From a virus (taxonomy: Duplodnaviria > Heunggongvirae > Uroviricota > Caudoviricetes), in IMG/VR virus record IMGVR_UViG_2541047874_000004: DNA of 60,110 nt; one strand, written 5' to 3'. The number at the start of each line of letters is the position of its first letter. Positions within the stretch are counted from its first letter, which is position 1. Below the pieces are notes generated by a model. The model made no database searches and was not told the DNA's origin. It was given only the letters and a program-made list of their open reading frames with translations. Shown here piece by piece: positions 53,147 through 60,110 of the stretch. The position numbers were made by a program, and so were the translations under genes.

Positions 53147-56100
53147 GTGAATATGGCAGTAAAGATTTCAGGTGTACTGAAAGACGGCACAGGAAAACCG
53201 GTACAGAACTGCACAATCCAGCTGAAAGCAAAACGTAACAGCACCACGGTGGTGGTGAACACGCTGGCCTCAGAAAATCCGGATGAAGCCGGGCGTTACA
53301 GCATGGACGTTGAGTACGGGCAGTACAGCGTTATTCTGTTGGTGGAGGGATTCCCGCCGTCACATGCCGGGACCATCACCGTGTATGAAGATTCCCGACC
53401 CGGTACGCTGAATGATTTTCTCGGTGCCATGACGGAGGATGATGCCCGTCCTGAGGCACTGCGCCGTTTTGAACTGATGGTGGAAGAGGTGGCGCGTAAC
53501 GCGTCCGCGGTGGCACAGAACACGGCAGCCGCGAAGAAGTCAGCCAGCGATGCCAGCACATCAGCCCGTGAGGCGGCAACCCATGCGACTGATGCTGCAG
53601 GCTCAGCACGCGCAGCCAGCACGTCAGCCGGACAGGCCGCGTCGTCGGCTCAGTCAGCATCTTCCAGCGCAGGAACGGCATCAACAAAGGCCAGTGAAGC
53701 ATCGAAAAGTGCTGCTGCTGCAGAGTCCTCAAAAAGCGCGGCAGCTACCAGTGCCGCTGCGGCGAAAACGTCAGAAACGAATGCGGCAGCGTCACAACAA
53801 TCAGCAGCCACTTCTGCATCCGCCGCGACCACGAAGGCGTCAGAAGCTGCCACCTCAGCCCGGGATGCGGCGGCCTCAAAAGAGGCAGCGAAATCATCAG
53901 AAACGAACGCATCCTCGAGCGCCAGTAGCGCAGCTTCCTCGGCAACAGCGGCAGGAAATTCCGCGAAGGCGGCAAAAACGTCAGAGACGAACGCCAGGTC
54001 TTCTGAAACGGCAGCGGGACAGAGCGCCTCAGCTGCGGCAGACTCTGAGACAACAGCTGCATCATCGGCCCGTGAGGCGTCCATTAAGGCAGAGGAGGCA
54101 GCAGTCAGTGCCACCGCCGCCGGAAAATCGGCAGAAAGCGCCGCATCATCCGCTTCAACAGCCACAACGAAGGCTGGCGAAGCCACTGAACAGGCCAGCG
54201 CAGCAGCGAGGTCTGCTTCCGCAGCGAAGACATCCGAAACGAACGCGAAAGCGTCGGAAACCAGCGCAGAATCCTCAAAAACGGCTGCCGCATCGTCCGC
54301 CAGTTCGGCGGCGTCATCGGCATCATCGGCGTCTGCTTCAAAAGATGAGGCGACCAGACAGGCGTCAGCAGCGAGGGGCAGCGCCACGACGGCATCCACG
54401 AAGGCGACAGAGGCTGCTGGCAGTGCGGCAGCGGCAGCACAGAGCAAAAGTACGGCAGAATCCGCAGCAACGCGCGCCGAGACAGCAGCAAAACGGGCAG
54501 AGGATATTGCATCCGCCGTGGCGCTTGAGGATGCGAGCACGACGAAAAAGGGGATAGTACAGCTCAGTAGTGCGACTAACAGCACTTCCGAGTCACTGGC
54601 GGCAACACCAAAAGCCGTTAAGGCCGCGTATGACCTGGCTAACGGGAAATACACCGCACAGGATGCAACGACAGCACAGAAAGGGATAATCCAGCTAAGC
54701 AGCGCGACCAACAGCACGTCTGAAACGCTTGCCGCGACACCAAAGGCAGTAAAAGCAGCCAATGACAATGCTGAGAAACGTCTGCAGAAAGATCAGAACG
54801 GTGCGGATATCCCTGGCAAAGATACCTTTACGAAAAATATTGGTGCCTGCCGTGCCTTCGGTGGGTCAGTAAGCACAACAACAGGAAACTGGACGACTGC
54901 ACAGTTTATCGAGTGGCTGGATTCTCAGGGAGCATTTAACCATCCATACTGGATGTGCAAGGGTTCCTGGTCTTATGGCAATAATAAAATCATTACTGAT
55001 ACTGACTGCGGTAATATTCATCTCGCCGGAGCTGTCATTGAAGTAATGGGGATAAAGTCAGCGATGACGATCCGCATTACCACACCGACCACCTCCACTG
55101 GTGGTGGAACAACTAACGCCCAGTTTACCTATATTAATCACGGAACAGATTATTCACCTGGCTGGCGAAGGGACTATAACTCCAGAAATAAGCCAACGGC
55201 ATCAGAGATCGGGGCGTTACCGTCAGGTGGAACAGCAGTATCATCAGTTAATCTGGCTTCAAAAGGTCGGGTAACCGCGCTGACAGACAATACGCAGGGG
55301 GCAGCAGGTCTTGAGTTATACGAGGTGTATAACAACGGATATCCAACAGCGTATGGAAATATCATTCACCTGAAAGGGATGACAGCCGTTGGCGAAGGTG
55401 AGTTACTCATCGGCTGGAGTGGTACAAGCGGTGCTCATGCTCCGGCATTTATTCGTTCACGACGGGATACGACCGACGCAAACTGGTCGCCGTGGGCGCA
55501 GCTTTACACCTCGGCTCATCCTCCTGCAGAGTTTTATCCAGTCGGTGCACCAATCCCGTGGCCATCAGATACCGTTCCGTCTGGTTATGCCCTGATGCAG
55601 GGGCAGACTTTTGACAAATCTGCATACCCGAAAATTGCAGTTGCTTATCCGTCAGGCGTGATCCCTGATATGCGTGGCTGGACGATTAAGGGCAAGCCCG
55701 CCAGTGGTCGGGCCGTATTATCTCAGGAACAGGACGGCATTAAATCGCACACCCACAGCGCCAGCGCATCCAGTACGGATTTGGGGACGAAAACCACATC
55801 GTCGTTTGATTACGGAACCAAATCCACGAATAACACCGGGGCGCATACCCATAGTATTAGCGGGACCGCAAATAGTGCCGGTGCGCACCAACACAAGAGT
55901 TCCGGTGCATTTGGTGGCACGAACACGAGCATTTTCCCTAATGGTTATACCGCGATTTCAAATCTAAGCGCGGGGATTATGAGCACAACAAGCGGTAGTG
56001 GCCAGACTCGTAATGCAGGGAAGACATCATCAGATGGTGCTCATACCCACTCGCTGTCCGGCACTGCTGCAAGCGCAGGCGCACATGCACATACTGTCGG

Positions 56101-56227
56101 TATTGGTGCTCATACGCACTCCGTTGCGATTGGTTCACATGGACACACCATCACCGTTAACGCTGCTGGTAACGCGGAAAACACCGTCAAAAACATCGCA
56201 TTTAACTATATTGTGAGGCTTGCATAA
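53147..56227 (+). CDS. stfQ: Side tail fiber protein (Stf-like) with a long Ala/Ser/Thr-rich low-complexity central region
   Basis: 1026 aa; lambda Stf-like N-terminus [36 protein letters not shown]...; His-rich C-terminal receptor-binding region ([27 protein letters not shown]...). Confidence 0.85.
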
Positions 56228-56802
56228 TGGCATTCAGAATGAGTGAACAACCACGGACCATAAAAATTTATAATCTGCTGGCCGGAACTAATGAATTTAT
56301 TGGTGAAGGTGATGCATATATTCCGCCTCATACAGGTCTGCCAGCAAACAGTACCGATATTGCACCGCCAGATATTCCGGCTGGCTTCGTGGCTGTTTTC
56401 AACAGTGATGAGTCATCGTGGCATCTCGTTGAAGATCATCGGGGTAAAACGGTTTATGACGTGGCTTCCGGCGACGCGTTATTTATTTCTGAACTCGGTC
56501 CGTTACCGGAAAATGTTACCTGGTTATCGCCGGAAGGGGAGTTTCAGAAGTGGAACGGCACAGCCTGGGTGAAGGATACGGAAGCAGAAAAACTGTTCCG
56601 GATCCGGGAGGCGGAAGAAACAAAAAACAACCTGATGCAGGTAGCCAGTGAGCATATTGCGCCGCTTCAGGATGCTGCAGATCTGGAAATTGCAACGGAG
56701 GAAGAAATCTCGTTGCTGGAAGCATGGAAAAAGTATCGGGTATTGCTGAACCGTGTTGATACGTCAACTGCACAGGATATTGAATGGCCAGCACTGCCGT
56801 AG
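56227..56802 (+). CDS. tfaQ: Tail fiber assembly protein (Tfa)
   Basis: 191 aa directly after stf; Tfa-like. Confidence 0.85.
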
Positions 56803-56899
56803 GGTAAAACATATAAATTCTATAATTAGATGTATCTTTCCATTTACGGCAAGGAAGGGGGCTTGGAAGACGTAAAGCATCTCACACCGAGATTATTTT

Positions 56900-57490
56900 T
56901 TATATGTCAGGTGTCTGAAGTTTTGCTTTGGCTCTTAAAATGGTTTGCCGCGAGGTTTTGAATTCCCGGGCAATGGCACTTATACTTACACCTGACTTAA
57001 TTCGTTCGAATACCGCCTGTTTCTGTTCTTCATTTAACACAGGTGGTCGACCAAAACGTTTCCCTGCGCCGCGGGCTCTTACTATCCCGGAATGAGTGCG
57101 TTCAAGTAAAAGGTCTCGTTCAAATTCAGCGACTGCTGAAATTACTTGCATCATCATTTTTCCTGTTGGACTGGTCAGGTCAATGCCCCCCAATGCTAAG
57201 CAATGCACTCTGATACCTGTTTCGGTCAGTTGTTCCACTGTTTTCCTGATATCCATTGCATTACAACCAAGGCGATCCAGTTTTGTCACAATCAATTGAT
57301 CACCACATTTCAGGCGAGCAAGCAACCGGTTAAAACCAGGACGCTCACTGGTTGCTGCTGAGCCGCTAATGTGTTCTTCGATTATTTGCTGAGGTTTGAT
57401 TTTAAAACCTGCACTTTCGATTTCCCGGCGTTGATTTTCGGTGGTCTGATCCAGCGTTGATATCCGACAGTAAGCAAAAATTTGAGACAT
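56900..57490 (-). CDS. pinQ: Serine recombinase / DNA invertase (Pin/Hin/Gin family)
   Basis: 196 aa [20 protein letters not shown]... with catalytic-Ser N-terminus and C-terminal HTH. Confidence 0.85.
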   Translation of the reverse strand: MSQIFAYCRISTLDQTTENQRREIESAGFKIKPQQIIEEHISGSAATSERPGFNRLLARLKCGDQLIVTKLDRLGCNAMDIRKTVEQLTETGIRVHCLALGGIDLTSPTGKMMMQVISAVAEFERDLLLERTHSGIVRARGAGKRFGRPPVLNEEQKQAVFERIKSGVSISAIAREFKTSRQTILRAKAKLQTPDI

Positions 57491-57806
57491 AGTGAGACTC
57501 TATACGAAATTGGTGTTCATATCATAATGCATCTCAGAAAATAATTATGATTATTTTTGTGCATATTTGTATGTACACGTTCGAAAATAAACGAATGCGT
57601 ATGCAACCCCGTAATTTTGGTGAGACCCAAAATCGATTTTGTGAAAAATGGCTTTAACTCGGTTTGTTTTTCGAGTTCCGGGCGGACTCAAGGAAGAAGA
57701 ATAGTGTTGCGTGTTATTTTAACCAGATTTCAAGTTGTTTGGTCGTGGAAAAGTGGAGCAAAATGTTGTTAAAGTGGAAAAATGATAAAAAAGTAAGTTT
57801 ATTATA

Positions 57807-58040
57807 TTACATTTTACCATTTAAATTTTGGTTGTCTTTAAGAACTGATATCGCTGTTTGTAATAATTCTTTGTTATCCAGCCATGATTTTTTCTTTATG
57901 TTTCCTTCAATGTAATCAAGCAATGTTCTGGTATTGATAGGTCTTCCCTGTTTTGCTACTTCCACTACAGCATCCCCTAGGATAATTCTTACTTCAGGAA
58001 GCTGCGCAGGGAACCACTTTAGGGTGTCTTTTGATTTCAT
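57807..58040 (-). CDS. ydfK: YdfK/YnaE-like small protein
   Basis: 77 aa from the internal Met MKSKDTLKWFPAQLPEVRIILGDAVVEVAKQG... Confidence 0.7.
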   Translation of the reverse strand: MKSKDTLKWFPAQLPEVRIILGDAVVEVAKQGRPINTRTLLDYIEGNIKKKSWLDNKELLQTAISVLKDNQNLNGKM

Positions 58041-58826
58041 GAAGATATTCCTTAAAATATTATTGATTTTCATTGCGATATTGTATGTCTGATTCAGGAT
58101 ATGTTGACTTATACATCGGTTTTGTCTGGGTTATTGGATATGCCAATCCCTAATTTTATTAGGGCATGACTAAAAATGCTGAATATGATAAGGAGAGATG
58201 TGATTATCAGTATGCTGTTCATATAGCCTCGAATTAGTAATGTGTTATATATGATATAGTTGACAATTTTTATCTTGGGTGTTCTTAAAGTTCGTAGATA
58301 AACATTGTCGTTTCAGGTATACAGGAATGCTAACAGGTGGCAGCAAAAATCAGGCGGTTTATGGCGCAAGCTGAAGCGGCAACTGCAAACTATCTTATGC
58401 AGAGACTCTACACGGATTGGGTTTAAAAGTATACATAGATAACAGTTTTTATCTGAAAAAGAAAAATATCAAGGTGATATAGCCTATATGCCTTTGATGC
58501 GGAGGAATGAATGTGATGGGAGTGATGTATCTGAATAGTTGAAAAACCGCAGACACGCCTTATGCAAGAACGTGCTGCGATTGGCTGGTAAATTTTTCGA
58601 TAGTGTGAGTATTGAATGATTTCCAGCCGTTCTTGATTTTACGCATAAATCCATGAAAAAACTACTTATCTGTTGGGGAGTTTTTTTGGGGCATATATGG
58701 GACAGAAATAGGCCCCAGATAGACACTGAGATCGAACTTAGGATGCTTTTTAAAAAAATGCAACTATCTGAAAAAACCTAGAAAACGCCAAGGAAACCAC
58801 AGGATGGGAAAAAACACCTGTGAATT

Positions 58827-60110
58827 ATGGATTTTCAGTTATACTCGCTCGGTGCAGCGTTAGTATTCCATGAAATATTTTTTCCGGAATCATCAACCGC
58901 AATGGCGTTAATTCTGGCAATGGGAACCTACGGTGCTGGTTATGTTGCACGTATTGTCGGAGCATTTATTTTCGGCAAAATGGGCGACAGAATAGGGCGT
59001 AAAAAAGTGCTCTTTATTACCATCACCATGATGGGGATCTGTACTACCTTAATTGGTGTGTTGCCGACCTATGCGCAGATTGGTGTTTTTGCGCCAATAT
59101 TGCTGGTGACGCTGCGTATTATTCAGGGGCTGGGGGCAGGCGCTGAAATTTCCGGTGCTGGTACGATGCTGGCGGAATATGCGCCGAAAGGTAAACGCGG
59201 CATTATCTCCTCATTCGTTGCGATGGGAACGAACTGCGGTACGTTGAGCGCAACGGCAATCTGGGCCTTTATGTTCTTTATTCTTAGTAAAGAAGAACTG
59301 CTGGCATGGGGATGGCGTATACCGTTCCTGGCGAGCGTTGTCGTGATGGTCTTTGCTATCTGGTTGCGTATGAACCTGAAAGAAAGCCCGGTCTTTGAGA
59401 AGGTTAACGACAGCAACCAACCTACAGCAAAACCTGCACCTGTTGGTAGCATGTTCCAGAGCAAATCTTTTTGGTTGGCAACGGGTCTGCGTTTTGGACA
59501 GGCAGGAAACTCAGGTCTGATTCAAACCTTCCTTGCTGGTTATTTAGTGCAAACTTTGCTGTTCAATAAAGCAATTCCCACAGATGCATTAATGATCAGT
59601 TCTATTATCGGTTTTATGACGATTCCTTTCCTCGGTTGGTTATCTGATAAAATTGGTCGTCGTATTCCTTACATCATTATGAATACTTCAGCTATTGTCC
59701 TGGCGTGGCCAATGCTTTCTATCATTGTAGATAAAAGCTATGCACCGGGCACCATCATGGTTGCTCTCATTGTGATTCACAACTGCGCGGTGTTGGGATT
59801 ATTTTCCCTGGAAAACATTACCATGGCAGAGATGTTCGGCTGTAAAAACCGCTTTACCCGAATGGCAATATCTAAAGAAATTGGTGGTCTTATCGCTTCA
59901 GGTTTTGGTCCTATTCTGGCCGGTATTTTCTGTACCATGACCGGATCCTGGTATCCGATTGCAATAATGATTATGGCTTATTCCGTCATCGGCTTAATTT
60001 CCGCGCTGAAAATGCCAGAAGTTAAAGACCGCGATTTGAGTGCGCTGGAAGATGCTGCAGAAGATCAACCGCGCGTTGTAAGAGCTGCGCAACCTTCAAC
60101 AAGTCTGTAA
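58827..60110 (+). CDS. ydfJ: MFS transporter (YdfJ-like), apparently missing its 5' end at the prophage right boundary
   Basis: 427 aa with 12 predicted transmembrane segments and the MFS motif GKMGDRIGRKK; begins at MDFQLYSLGAALVF, which in MFS transporters normally lies about 25-30 aa inside the protein. Confidence 0.6.
   Translation: MDFQLYSLGAALVFHEIFFPESSTAMALILAMGTYGAGYVARIVGAFIFGKMGDRIGRKKVLFITITMMGICTTLIGVLPTYAQIGVFAPILLVTLRIIQGLGAGAEISGAGTMLAEYAPKGKRGIISSFVAMGTNCGTLSATAIWAFMFFILSKEELLAWGWRIPFLASVVVMVFAIWLRMNLKESPVFEKVNDSNQPTAKPAPVGSMFQSKSFWLATGLRFGQAGNSGLIQTFLAGYLVQTLLFNKAIPTDALMISSIIGFMTIPFLGWLSDKIGRRIPYIIMNTSAIVLAWPMLSIIVDKSYAPGTIMVALIVIHNCAVLGLFSLENITMAEMFGCKNRFTRMAISKEIGGLIASGFGPILAGIFCTMTGSWYPIAIMIMAYSVIGLISALKMPEVKDRDLSALEDAAEDQPRVVRAAQPSTSL

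Noticed and set aside
53296-54768. Long ORFs in alternative frames (53550..54557 Arg/Gln-rich plus strand; 53650..54768 minus strand Ala-rich; others)
   Set aside because: Produced by the low-complexity GC-rich repeat tract of stf; compositional artefacts.
56803-56899. Looked for an invertible segment with alternative tail-fiber C-termini next to pin
   Set aside because: No inverted alternative tfa/stf-C ORFs are present; pin is followed directly by ydfK, so no invertible segment can be claimed.

Overview
The window is almost entirely one Qin-like lambdoid prophage of an Escherichia-type genome, and nested inside its major capsid gene is a second, ~11 kb integrative element that looks like a phage satellite. 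All identifications are from reading the translations and DNA against recalled protein families; no database search was run. Coordinates of non-ORF features (att cores, cos, iterons, terminators, sRNA) were counted by hand and may be off by 1-2 nt.

Helper prophage, left to right: integrase, excisionase-like gene and RecE-like exonuclease (20..4166); the dicB/dicF/ydfABC/dicA/dicC immunity module (4223..6588); a replication gene with internal iterons (7074..8039); a methyltransferase fragment and decayed AT-rich stretch (8499..10440); an IS-type transposase (10522..11835); flxA, ydfV, relBE, hokD, rem, ydfU, quuQ, cspF/cspB, the essQ-ydfR-rrrQ-rzpQ/rzoQ lysis cassette, cspI, gnsB, ydfO (12272..21963); cos and a lambda-identical morphogenesis block Nu1-A-W-B-C/Nu3-D-E-FI-FII-Z-U-V-G/T-H-M-L-K-I-J-lom-stf-tfa (22420..56802); pinQ, ydfK, and a 5'-truncated ydfJ transporter gene marking the right boundary (56900..60110).

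The main finding: lambda-type gene E is split at 28832 and resumes at 39787. The 10.96 kb between (28822..39794) is flanked by a 10-bp direct repeat AGCCGAAGCA and carries a P4-type integrase, AlpA, a P4-alpha-like primase with a TGTTCACC-iteron origin, SSB, its own E-like capsid and D-like decoration homologs, a variant cos site with a chimeric Nu1-like small terminase, a TIR-like-domain protein and an Abi_C-domain protein. Deleting the insert plus one repeat copy restores E exactly. I read this as a satellite integrated in its helper's capsid gene, carrying candidate anti-phage cargo.
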